A stretch of 64,000 nucleotides of DNA. Origin: Candidatus Limnocylindrales bacterium (GTDB taxonomy: Bacteria; Chloroflexota; Limnocylindria; Limnocylindrales; CSP1-4). The stretch is from contig JBCLCL010000003.1 in the NCBI GenBank assembly GCA_038915815.1, positions 7,015 to 71,014 of the forward strand. The letters run 5' to 3'. Positions 24,619 to 32,980 of the stretch are shown one piece after another. Every line of letters begins with the position of its first letter. The stretch's first letter is position 1. A model generated the notes under the pieces. It saw only the letters and a program-made list of their open reading frames with translations, had not been told where the DNA came from and searched no databases. Both the position numbers and the translations under genes were made by a program.

Positions 24619-24688
24619 CGGACAAGACCTGCGTGGCGGGTTGGTTGAGGTCGTCGCGTCGCCCGGGCTAGAATGGCGACTCTCCCGA

Positions 24689-24764
24689 GCGGGAGTAACT
24701 CAGCTGGCAGAGTGTCTGCTTCCCAAGCAGAATGTCGCGGGTTCGAATCCCGTCTCCCGCTCCA
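24689..24764 (+). tRNA. tRNA-Gly (anticodon CCC)
   Basis: 76-nt cloverleaf. Acceptor GCGGGAG/CTCCCGC, D-arm, anticodon stem TCTGC/GCAGA with loop TTCCCAA, T-arm GGTTCGAATCC, and an encoded CCA end. Confidence 0.9.
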
Positions 24765-24767
24765 CTT
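24719..24767 (+). repeat. attL: 49-bp direct repeat (3' half of tRNA-Gly)
   Basis: cttcccaagcagaatgtcgcgggttcgaatcccgtctcccgctccactt recurs at 29874..29922 with a single mismatch. Confidence 0.85.
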
Positions 24768-25039
24768 CCCAATCCGTGCTCACGGACTGACTGTCGGCGT
24801 CAACTGACGCTCGTCAAGCCCGAAGATTGAGCGGAGTTGTGGGGTGAAGGGCGGTTGACCGGTACCCGGCCTCGCCGGAGATCACCGCATCGATCGGCCG
24901 ACGACATTCTGCCCACCGGAGTCGCGTGCTCCGCGGGACATTCTGCTCAAGATCCGAGCCAGTCGATCCCGACCGCCGGGTGGGCCGAACGGGGCGACGC
25001 ACGGAGTCGCCCGGCGGGTTCCGGCGAAGGATCTCGACC

Positions 25040-26119
25040 ATGGCCTACCCGTACGACGGCGAGCCGAACCTACGCCCCGGCGCCGAGCGCGCCGCCCACA
25101 GCCTCGCCCCGCGCTTCGACCCGGAGCTCGCGCTCAACGAGCTGTTCGAGGACTTCCTCGCGGGCTCCGCCTCGCTCATCAACGCACGGACCGAGCGCAC
25201 CTACCGCTACGACTGGGGCCTGTACCGGGCGTGGCTCACCGAGACCGCCACGCCGGCCGTGCTCGGCACGATCACCAAGCAGCACCTCATCGACTACATC
25301 GCCTTCCTCCAGCGCCGGCCGAAGGCCAAGGGCAGGGGCACCCTCTCGTCGCACTCGGTCCACGCCTACGTCCGGGTCATCCGGACGTTCGTGCGCTGGC
25401 TGGTGACCGAGACCTACTACCCGATCGATCCGCTCGCCGGGGGCAAGCGCGGCGCGATGCCGCGTCTCGGGCCGCGCGTGCTCAAGGTCGCCAAGTCGAC
25501 CGACGTCGAGACCCTGCTGGCAGGGTCCGCCAAGGGCGAGGCGCGCGGCGCGATCGAGCGGGCGGGCCGGGGACGCGACGAGTTCATCGTCGTCCTGGTG
25601 ACCGACACCGGGCTGCGCAACAGCGAGGTCTGCGCCCTGCGGGTCGGCGACGTCGACGTGGCCGACGGCTGGGTCCTGGTCAAGGCCGGCAAGTGGGACC
25701 GCGAACGGCGCGTCCCGCTCAGTCGCGAGACGGTCGCGGCGCTGCGCCTCTACCTGCGGCGCAACCGGCCCGTCCTGTCGGGGCGGGCGCCCGAGTTCGT
25801 CGCCGCGGACGACGTGCTCGTGCTGTCGCGGACCGGCGCGCCGCTCACGCCCCCGGGCCTCTACCAGGCGATGGGCCGCGCCTATCGCCGGGGCGGGGGG
25901 ACCGGCCGGTTCGGCCTCCACCGCCTGCGCCACCTGTGGGGGACGACCGCCGCCGAGGGCGGGATGCACCCGCGCATCAGCCAGTCGATCATGGGCCACG
26001 AGGACGAGAAGAGCGAGCGCGTCTACCAGCACCCGTCGGACACCGCGATCAAGCGCGAGCACGCCCGGGTGACGCCGCTGCGCGACCTCGCCCCCGCCTG
26101 TCGCCGGCGGCTCGCGTAG
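25040..26119 (+). CDS. Tyrosine-type site-specific recombinase / phage integrase
   Basis: N-terminal SAM-like core-binding domain. Catalytic-domain motifs (R...HxLRH: GLHRLRHLWGT) and C-terminal Tyr (RVYQHPS). Confidence 0.85.
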   Translation: MAYPYDGEPNLRPGAERAAHSLAPRFDPELALNELFEDFLAGSASLINARTERTYRYDWGLYRAWLTETATPAVLGTITKQHLIDYIAFLQRRPKAKGRGTLSSHSVHAYVRVIRTFVRWLVTETYYPIDPLAGGKRGAMPRLGPRVLKVAKSTDVETLLAGSAKGEARGAIERAGRGRDEFIVVLVTDTGLRNSEVCALRVGDVDVADGWVLVKAGKWDRERRVPLSRETVAALRLYLRRNRPVLSGRAPEFVAADDVLVLSRTGAPLTPPGLYQAMGRAYRRGGGTGRFGLHRLRHLWGTTAAEGGMHPRISQSIMGHEDEKSERVYQHPSDTAIKREHARVTPLRDLAPACRRRLA

Positions 26120-26129
26120 GTTAAAACGG

Positions 26130-27044
26130 TCACGGTTGGGCGGCTTCCTCGGGATTCTGAGGGCTTGACTCGCGAAGGCCAGCGATAGTTGCGTCGGCGA
26201 GGTCTCTGAGGCGTTGAAGCTGCTCTACCACGACGCTGCGCGAGTTGTCCGAGAGATCGCCGCGTTCCCAAGCATCCGACACCTGATCGAGAACGCGCCC
26301 CTCAATAGCCCACGCTTGAGACAGAGTCGCGGTTAGCCGCTCGGCCGACGCGAGATGCTCCTCTCTTGGTTCTCGTCGCCGTTCCTTGATGTCCGCGAGC
26401 AGGTCGCCTCGCCCATTCGCAGACATGATGCCGGCGAGCTTGGCAGCCCCGTCTTGAGCGACCATCGGTCCATGGCGGGTCGCGTGTGCGCACCATCGGA
26501 CCGCGAGTTGCCCTTGCCCCTCGGCATCGAGTGCAACCAGTCGTGACGGCCGAGTCTCCGGGCCGAGTAGAGACGGCAAGTACACCGAAAACGCTCGTTG
26601 GAGCTCGACGATACCGCCGTCGAAGCCCAACTCTTCGTCCGGTGGCAGGGCGAACAAACCGAAGTTGCCGGGCCGCACATCACCGATTTCCGCCGCAGGC
26701 GCTGGTCGCACGGCCGCGAGGACCACCCGACCGCGGGGTCGGCCACCCTCGCGACGACCCTGAAGACTCTCCATCTCGCAATCGTCCGTGAGGATGATCG
26801 CTCGGCGAGGATTGCCGAAGCCGAGCGCTGCGTCACCGAACTCTGCGTGGCTGGCGATCACATCCTTGCCGGGTTCCCGCCCACTGTGCGGTAGCGTCGC
26901 ACGAGGGACGTAAACGACGCTGCCCCCCTTAGGTCGCGGTTCGAGGGCAATCGCATCGTGACGAAGGTAGAGGTCGAAGAGCCAGGTCGCCTCAAGCACA
27001 TCTCCGAAGCCGAGGCGTTCGTCTGGAGCTGGTGTTCGATACAC
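26130..27044 (-). CDS. Hypothetical protein (island cargo gene C, 304 aa)
   Basis: Good codon bias. GTG start 6 nt after the gene-B stop and in the same frame. No domain recognisable by eye. An acidic cluster ILTDDCEMES is present. Confidence 0.55.
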   Translation of the reverse strand: MYRTPAPDERLGFGDVLEATWLFDLYLRHDAIALEPRPKGGSVVYVPRATLPHSGREPGKDVIASHAEFGDAALGFGNPRRAIILTDDCEMESLQGRREGGRPRGRVVLAAVRPAPAAEIGDVRPGNFGLFALPPDEELGFDGGIVELQRAFSVYLPSLLGPETRPSRLVALDAEGQGQLAVRWCAHATRHGPMVAQDGAAKLAGIMSANGRGDLLADIKERRREPREEHLASAERLTATLSQAWAIEGRVLDQVSDAWERGDLSDNSRSVVVEQLQRLRDLADATIAGLRESSPQNPEEAAQP

Positions 27045-27050
27045 CTCCGA

Positions 27051-28217
27051 TCACCGTGTGCGGCGGTCGTAGAGGCTGAGATCGACGCCATAACGGGCGA
27101 GATCTGGCTGCCAAGCATCGATGCCCTCCAGTCCGGCGGCTACTTCTTCCAGCAGCCCAGGCTCGGACGGGACAGCCGGCTGATAGTGGAAGTCGGCCCA
27201 CGCTCGCTCTGACTCGCCCACAAGAAACGCCGACCAGGAATCCTGACCGAACGCCTCATCCCGAAGGATGGCGTCAGCGCGCCGTCGGAACTCAGCAACG
27301 GCCTCGGGCGACATGACGAGTAGAAACTCCCAATCGTCTTCCACGGGATCGCCTTCTTCGACGGCATGGATACTCTTTTCCATCCGCATGGCGGCCGCGA
27401 CTCGTTCCGAAGTTCGGGCATCAACGGTCGGCGCGAGATACCGAATGAACTGCACGATCTTCCCGAAGGCACCTGCCTCGATGATGCCCAGGACCTCGTC
27501 TACCTCGCTGCTGGAAACGGTCGGTCTGACCTCGGTCTCGAGCATCGTTGCTCGATGACGAACGGCGTTGTGGAAGAGACCTTCAAGTTCGTCCAGGCGA
27601 CCCTCCGCCAACAGGTCGGCCACCTCCACCGTGCGCTGACGGCACAGGTCCGCGGCAACCCGCATGTTCCGGGCAGCGAGTCGGTGCAAGAAGGCGACGC
27701 GATCCCCGATGGTGGCGAGCCTCTCTGGAGGAGGTTCCTCCCCCGCTCGAAACTCGTAGTAGCGACGCGTAGACACCCCGATCAGCTTCGCGAGAGCCCG
27801 AGCGCTCAGATTCAGCTCTTGGCGGAGTCGGTCGAGTGCCTCACGAATCGCGGCCGCGGATAGGCCGACAACCTGCTCAGTTGCGGCCGGCAACGTTGGC
27901 TTCGCGATCCAACGGACGGATAGGCTCCGACTTGGCGGGCCGATCTGGGTATGCGCGGCCAGAAGACCGGCCGAGATCGCGCCGGGCGCCGAAATGAAGG
28001 TGGGCGCGCCCTCCGGGTAGATCTCGCAGAATCGGAACGCGACGTCACTTGGATCGGTGGGCCAGAGGAACTCATCAGAGCCCGAGTACAAGCGGTTGAC
28101 CACGTCTGCGTCGAGAAGGGTCCAGTCGCCAGGCTCCGACCGTTCGGTCAAAGGCATCCCATTTGGCAGCGAATGCCGCGCGAGCGCTGGCTCCCACAAC
28201 CCAATCGGTGTCGTCAT
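27051..28217 (-). CDS. Hypothetical protein with central Xre-type helix-turn-helix (island cargo gene B, 388 aa)
   Basis: ATGA overlap with gene A. HTH segment LSARALAKLIGVSTRRYYEFRAG flanked by an unknown N-terminal ~120-aa domain and a C-terminal ~230-aa domain. Confidence 0.6.
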   Translation of the reverse strand: MTTPIGLWEPALARHSLPNGMPLTERSEPGDWTLLDADVVNRLYSGSDEFLWPTDPSDVAFRFCEIYPEGAPTFISAPGAISAGLLAAHTQIGPPSRSLSVRWIAKPTLPAATEQVVGLSAAAIREALDRLRQELNLSARALAKLIGVSTRRYYEFRAGEEPPPERLATIGDRVAFLHRLAARNMRVAADLCRQRTVEVADLLAEGRLDELEGLFHNAVRHRATMLETEVRPTVSSSEVDEVLGIIEAGAFGKIVQFIRYLAPTVDARTSERVAAAMRMEKSIHAVEEGDPVEDDWEFLLVMSPEAVAEFRRRADAILRDEAFGQDSWSAFLVGESERAWADFHYQPAVPSEPGLLEEVAAGLEGIDAWQPDLARYGVDLSLYDRRTR

Positions 28218-28993
28218 TCACCAGTCCCCCCAAGCATCTCGATCGCGGCCGGCGTGATGCTCCGCCGGAAGAGGTTCCAAGCCCATCGATGGTAGAGGTC
28301 AGCGCGTGCCAGCAGCTCATCGACCACGAAAGGAACATGTTGCTCGGTGAAGATGTCGGTATCCATGACATAGGTTGACGGATACTCCGCCCCGGCTGGG
28401 TTCCTCACGAATCCATAAGTCAGGTTGATCCCGTTGTCATCGATTGACATGGACACCTGCTGGATGCTGCGCTTTACACGCGCATCGATCCAAGGAGCGT
28501 TGGCATCGCCGAATAGGCTCGGTGCGATGTACCTCTGCCAATCAGGAACCGCCACCGCCTCCGCGCTCACGATCTCGTCCACGTACCGAATCCCGAGACG
28601 CTCGACACGGGTCACCCGTCCTCGGGCGACGACGATCTCCAAGAGTTCTCGCAGCCGATCCCGAAAGTCGACCCACGAGTCGTAGCGCGTTGTCTCCAAG
28701 CTGGCCATGTCCGGGCCTACGCTGACGACCCAGGTACCCGTTTCATCTCCGAAACGCGCCGGCCCTGGTTGAACGACCGGCGGGATAGGCGCGCCGGGGC
28801 CCGCGACGATCGTCATCTCTTGAATCCGCGGTAGCGACGTGGGGTAGCGCGTCGACAATGCGGTTTGCGTAGCCGCAAGGCCGGTCGGATCCGCCAACGC
28901 GTAGGCCGGTGGAAACCGAATCTGGGCGACCACGACCTTCAGCGGATTCCGCACGAACACGATCCGCTCATGGGTCTCTTGGTCGAATGTCAC
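28214..28993 (-). CDS. Hypothetical protein (island cargo gene A, 259 aa); N-terminus resembles the uncharacterised TIGR04255-type family
   Basis: AGGAGG SD 6 nt before the GTG start. N-terminal motif NPLKVVVAQIRFPP. First gene of the three-gene minus-strand cassette. Confidence 0.6.
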   Translation of the reverse strand: MTFDQETHERIVFVRNPLKVVVAQIRFPPAYALADPTGLAATQTALSTRYPTSLPRIQEMTIVAGPGAPIPPVVQPGPARFGDETGTWVVSVGPDMASLETTRYDSWVDFRDRLRELLEIVVARGRVTRVERLGIRYVDEIVSAEAVAVPDWQRYIAPSLFGDANAPWIDARVKRSIQQVSMSIDDNGINLTYGFVRNPAGAEYPSTYVMDTDIFTEQHVPFVVDELLARADLYHRWAWNLFRRSITPAAIEMLGGTGE

Positions 28994-29048
28994 CTCGAAC
29001 CTCCTGATCGCACATCCATCGCACTAACTGACACAGATCATAGTCGGT

Positions 29049-29822
29049 GTGCGGTTGGCGTGCGTCAAGATGCCGTTGGTCCTATTTGACGATGCGCCCT
29101 GCTTCACACAGGAACTCGCCGAGAGGGCATCTCACCATCGATTTGGCTGGCGAGCGGCGTACGACGAGGCGGTTGCGCTGGCCATCGGCCTCGATGACCC
29201 ATTCCGGCTCGGGATGGTCCTGTCGATGCGGGCGTGGGCCGAGGCCCCGGTCGACCCGGTCGCGGCCGAGGGCTGGCTGGAGCAGGCGGCCGAGGCCGCA
29301 CGCCGGACAGGCAACCCCGGGGCGATCGCCAGCCTCATGCTGATCCGCGGACGCATCGCCAGCGGTATCGATCGGCATTCGGACGCCCAGCGATGGTTCC
29401 GGGAGGCGCAGGCACAATTCCAGGCCGTCGGCGACACGCGGTTGGAGATCTCAGCCCAGAGCGAACTTGCGCATTCGCTCCGCCGCGCCGGCGCCACCGA
29501 CGAGGCCGAGGCGGAGTACCGTCACACGATCCTCGGGTGGCAGCGCAGTGGCAACCGCGGGGCGGTCGCCAACCAGCTGGAGTCGCTCGCGTTCACGGCG
29601 CTGCCCAGGGGTGACGGCGTCCAGGCGGCCCGCCTGCTCGGTGCCGCGGAAGCCCTGCGCGAGGCCGCCAAGGACCCCATGACAGCCTTCGAGCGCGCGG
29701 AGTACGACACCGAGGTGGCGCGTTTGCGCACGCAGCTCGACCCGCAGACCCTGAGTGACGCGGGGGCCGAGGGCCGCGCGCTTTCGATGGATGACGCCGT
29801 CATGTTCGCCATCTCCGGGTGA
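29049..29822 (+). pseudogene. 3' fragment of a large STAND/TPR-type regulator (C-terminal TPR region only)
   Basis: The translation ends ...AEGRALSMDDAVMFAISG, the characteristic C-terminus of actinobacterial ATPase-TPR (AfsR/cyclase-ATPase-like) regulators. No ATPase/N-terminal domains are present. It lies just inside attR. Confidence 0.45.
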
Positions 29823-29873
29823 CTCAGGCGTTCACACCTTCCGCACGACACCATGACGCTCACGAGCTCAGGA

Positions 29874-29922
29874 CTTCCCAAGCAGAATGTCGCGGGTTCG
29901 ATTCCCGTCTCCCGCTCCACTT
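29874..29922 (+). repeat. attR: 49-bp direct repeat of tRNA-Gly 3' end
   Basis: 48/49 identity with 24719..24767 (gaatcc vs gattcc). Confidence 0.85.
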
Positions 29923-30015
29923 TCGCCCGCTGATCTCCTGGCCGAGTCAAGCCCTTGCCGCGGAGCGTCCTCCCGTGTAAGGTGACTACCTGACTAGTCA
30001 CCTTAGAGGGTAACC

Positions 30016-30252
30016 ATGGCGGAGATCGGGGTCAAGGAGCTGAAGGCGACTGCGTCCGCGGTGATCGAGCAGGTCGAGGGCGGTGCCGCATACATCATCA
30101 CCAAGCGCGGCCGCCCCGCTGCGGTCCTGCTGCCGGTCGACGAAGCCGAGGATCTCGTCCTTGCCAACGCCGACGAGTACGTGCGGATGCGCCGCGAAGC
30201 TCGTGCGGCCTACGCCAAGGGTCGGACGACCAGCCTCGGGGATCTCGTCTGA
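30016..30252 (+). CDS. Phd/YefM-family type II antitoxin
   Basis: 78 aa. MAEIGVKELKA... YIITKRGRPAAVLLPVDEAEDL is the canonical Phd/YefM motif. Confidence 0.8.
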   Translation: MAEIGVKELKATASAVIEQVEGGAAYIITKRGRPAAVLLPVDEAEDLVLANADEYVRMRREARAAYAKGRTTSLGDLV

Positions 30253-30545
30253 GTCCGTATCGCGTCGAGCTCGGGCCGTCGGCAGCCAAGGCGTTCAAGA
30301 AGTTGCCGCCCGAGGTCCGTGCCAGGGTGCAGCAAGCTCTTGAGAAGCTGGGACGGGACGTCGCGCCGCCGGGTCGCATCGGCGGCAAGGCCGTCAAGAC
30401 GATCCAGGGTGTGGGCGACTCGTTCCACCGACTCCGCGTCGGCGACTCCCGGGTGATGTACGACGTCATCGACGAAGACCAGGTGATCCTGGTCCTTGGC
30501 ATCGTTCATCGCGGCGACCTCGAGCGGTGGCTTCGGAACCGATAG
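30249..30545 (+). CDS. RelE/ParE-family type II toxin
   Basis: SPYRVELGPSAAKAFKKLPPEVRARVQQALEKL... is the canonical ParE/RelE N-terminus. Start codon uncertain (CTG 30249 or TTG 30303). Overlaps the antitoxin stop. Confidence 0.7.
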   Translation: MSPYRVELGPSAAKAFKKLPPEVRARVQQALEKLGRDVAPPGRIGGKAVKTIQGVGDSFHRLRVGDSRVMYDVIDEDQVILVLGIVHRGDLERWLRNR

Positions 30546-30559
30546 CGCGGACGGGGAAC

Positions 30560-30930
30560 GGGCCAATGCGCCAGCTCCCTCCGGGACAAGGTCACCCGGA
30601 AGCCGGTCGATAAGCGCTGGCGGACGCTGCGGGAGGCAGCGTCGGAGACGGCCGACCCGGATCGACCTGCCGGATGATCGGCCTCGACACGTCGGTCATC
30701 GTGCGCTACCTGGTCGGAACGCCGCCATCCCAGGCGCGGCGCGCGACCGCCATCGTCGATGGCGCGGACGACCTGTGCCGTGGAGGCGCTGGTCCGCGCG
30801 CGATCGGTGCCGGGGAGCCCGATCCCGGATGCGTTCATCGCGGCGACCGCACGATGGGCGGGCGCCGTGCCCCTGTATGCGTTCGACGAGGGGCTGCATC
30901 GTCACGGCACGCCCGTGGCGACACCCTGAC
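30560..30930 (+). pseudogene. Degraded VapBC module (antitoxin remnant plus frameshifted/internally deleted PIN domain)
   Basis: MIGLDTSVIVRYL (PIN N-terminus) at 30674 in one frame. PIPDAFIAATARWAGAVPLYAFD (PIN C-terminus) in another frame ~30780-30930. Total too short for an intact PIN. Short upstream antitoxin-like remnant. Confidence 0.5.
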
Positions 30931-30939
30931 CGTTCGACC

Positions 30940-31341
30940 TCAGTCGGGCTCGATCCGTCGAACCGTGGTGACCCGGTCGATCGAGCGGTCGAAGGAGGCG
31001 ATCGTGCCCACCCCGGTTCGCTCGGCCGAGGCGACCAGGTAGGCCTCGGCGAAGTCGAGCCGGTCGTGCTCGTAGACCTCGATCGCCCGGTGCAGGAGGT
31101 CGCGATCGACGACCTCGATCGGGGGAAAGGCCAGGATCGCGCGCAGGATGCCGGCGACGGCGGGACGCGGCGCCTCGTAGTAGGACTCGAGCACGTAGGC
31201 CACTTCGGCGAGGATGAGATCGGCCAGGAGCATTGCCTCGGCGCGCTCCAGGAACCGCGTCGCGCGCTCGGCCTGGTCCGGTGGGTCGCCCGTGACGTGA
31301 CGCACGAGGACGTTCGTGTCGACGAACATCGACGCCGTCAT
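30940..31341 (-). CDS. vapC: PIN-domain toxin VapC
   Basis: MFVDTNVLVRH... with PIN acidic residues. 133 aa. Confidence 0.8.
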   Translation of the reverse strand: MTASMFVDTNVLVRHVTGDPPDQAERATRFLERAEAMLLADLILAEVAYVLESYYEAPRPAVAGILRAILAFPPIEVVDRDLLHRAIEVYEHDRLDFAEAYLVASAERTGVGTIASFDRSIDRVTTVRRIEPD

Positions 31342-31586
31342 GGGCGCTCGGCGGCGCGGGCTCGTCGGGTCTCGCGAAGGACGCCTGACCAGGGTGTGCC
31401 GCGCTTCGCGGCCGGGACCGGGATCGAGCCGGCCAGGGCGAGCAGGTCGGGCGTCCGCGCCAGGACAGCTCGCTCGCCCTCGACTCGAAAGACGACGCGG
31501 TCGCCGTCCTTGAGGTCGAGCGCCTTCCGAACCGCGCTCGGGACCGTGATCTGGCCCTTCGATGTCATGCGCGCCGAGATCTCCAT
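31338..31586 (-). CDS. vapB: AbrB/MazE/SpoVT-type antitoxin (VapB)
   Basis: SKGQITVPSAVRKALDLKDGDRVVF is the swapped-hairpin AbrB motif. ATGA overlap with vapC. Confidence 0.8.
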   Translation of the reverse strand: MEISARMTSKGQITVPSAVRKALDLKDGDRVVFRVEGERAVLARTPDLLALAGSIPVPAAKRGTPWSGVLRETRRARAAERP

Positions 31587-31637
31587 GTTGGACGACTCCT
31601 TACTCTATCGATGAAGTAAGGATAGCGCATCCTGGCC

Positions 31638-32867
31638 CTACGTGCGCCCGCGAACCAGATCGATCAGGCGATCGAGCACCCGCTCGCCGTCGGCGCGCAG
31701 GCCGTTGTGGACGTACTCGTCGGTGATCCACGGTCGGAGCCCACGGATGGCCGCGGCCGTCTCCTCGGCGAAGGCGCGCTCGACGTAGAGGTCATCGACG
31801 TAGATCGTGGCCGCGACGGGGACCTCGTTGACCGCGAGCTGCGCCGCGTCATAGAGGCGTGGCCATTCGTGCCCGGCGAGGATCGCGGCCGCTGCCCCGT
31901 GCGGCTGGAGCGCTCGGTAGTCGTCGAACATCCACGGGTAGACGTGCTCCCCGGTGAAGGCCACGCCGTTGCGGATCTCGTCGGGCAGGAGCCGGTGGGC
32001 GGACCAGCGCGTGGCGACACCGTCGGCGTACGACGACTCGTGCAGCGTGGCGTAGAGCGGGTTACGACCGAATCGCGCCGCCGCCCCCACGTCGGAGCGG
32101 AAGGCGGGCGAATCCATCGGGAGCTCGAGGACGTGGTGGAGCAGCTCCCAGCCCGCACTGTCGCCGAGCCAGAGCCCCAGCTGCCGGAATCGCCGCGACG
32201 TCAAGCGCTCGCCGGTCTCGAGCAGAAAGACCTCGTCGTCGAGGCGTCGATGGATCGCCCCGACGCGCGCGCGATCCTCCGGATAGCGCTCGTAGTACCG
32301 CGTGTTGCGCTCGATGACCCGGCGATAGGTCGCGCCATAGATATCGTCCACCGCTCGACCGATCGGTGCGAGGCCGCCCGTGATGAACGCCTCGCGAAGC
32401 CCCTCCGGGGCGATCGAGAGGTAGGTCATCGACGTGAATCCGCCGAAGCTCTGTCCGAGCACGCTCCACCGCTCGATCCCGAGCTCGCACCGGATCTGCT
32501 CGGCGTCGCGCACGATGGAATCGGCGCGGAAGTGGGTCAGGTACGCGGCCTGTGCCTCGGGCGTCGCGCCCGGGATCTCCGTCCCCACCGGGGTCGACCG
32601 ACCGGTCCCCCGCTGGTCGAGCAGCAGTACCCGGTAGTCGCGCAGCGCCCGTTTCATCCAGCCGGTCGGCGGGCTGGTCGGCCGCGTCGCCTCGAAACCG
32701 GGGCCACCCTGGAGGAAGACCAGGTACGGCCGGTCAGCCCCGTCGGGGTCGGCGACCTCTCGCGTGAAGAGGGTGATCGCCGCTCCGTCGGGCTGGGCAT
32801 GGTCGAGCGGAACCACGTGCTCTCGCTCGGTGAGGATCGCGCCGGGAACTCGGGTGGTGAAGCTCAT
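31638..32867 (-). CDS. Alpha/beta-hydrolase, prolyl aminopeptidase (S33) family
   Basis: GQSFGG nucleophile elbow, HGGPG-like oxyanion region (LQGGPGFE). 409 aa. Confidence 0.75.
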   Translation of the reverse strand: MSFTTRVPGAILTEREHVVPLDHAQPDGAAITLFTREVADPDGADRPYLVFLQGGPGFEATRPTSPPTGWMKRALRDYRVLLLDQRGTGRSTPVGTEIPGATPEAQAAYLTHFRADSIVRDAEQIRCELGIERWSVLGQSFGGFTSMTYLSIAPEGLREAFITGGLAPIGRAVDDIYGATYRRVIERNTRYYERYPEDRARVGAIHRRLDDEVFLLETGERLTSRRFRQLGLWLGDSAGWELLHHVLELPMDSPAFRSDVGAAARFGRNPLYATLHESSYADGVATRWSAHRLLPDEIRNGVAFTGEHVYPWMFDDYRALQPHGAAAAILAGHEWPRLYDAAQLAVNEVPVAATIYVDDLYVERAFAEETAAAIRGLRPWITDEYVHNGLRADGERVLDRLIDLVRGRT

Positions 32868-32980
32868 ACCCGAACTCTAGGCTGAACAGCCTCCGGGATG
32901 CAGCGACACGTCTCGGTGTCGCGCAGGCGGTGAACCAGTTCGAGCGGATCGTCAGGACCGACCTCGGGCGGTCGCGAACC

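Larger units (their letters stand above)
24768..29922 (+). mobile_element. tRNA-Gly-integrated genomic island (~5.15 kb) with tyrosine integrase and a three-gene cargo cassette
   Basis: An integrase gene next to an intact tRNA, bounded downstream by a 49-bp direct repeat of the tRNA 3' end (attR). Cargo genes have no metabolic context. Confidence 0.8.
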
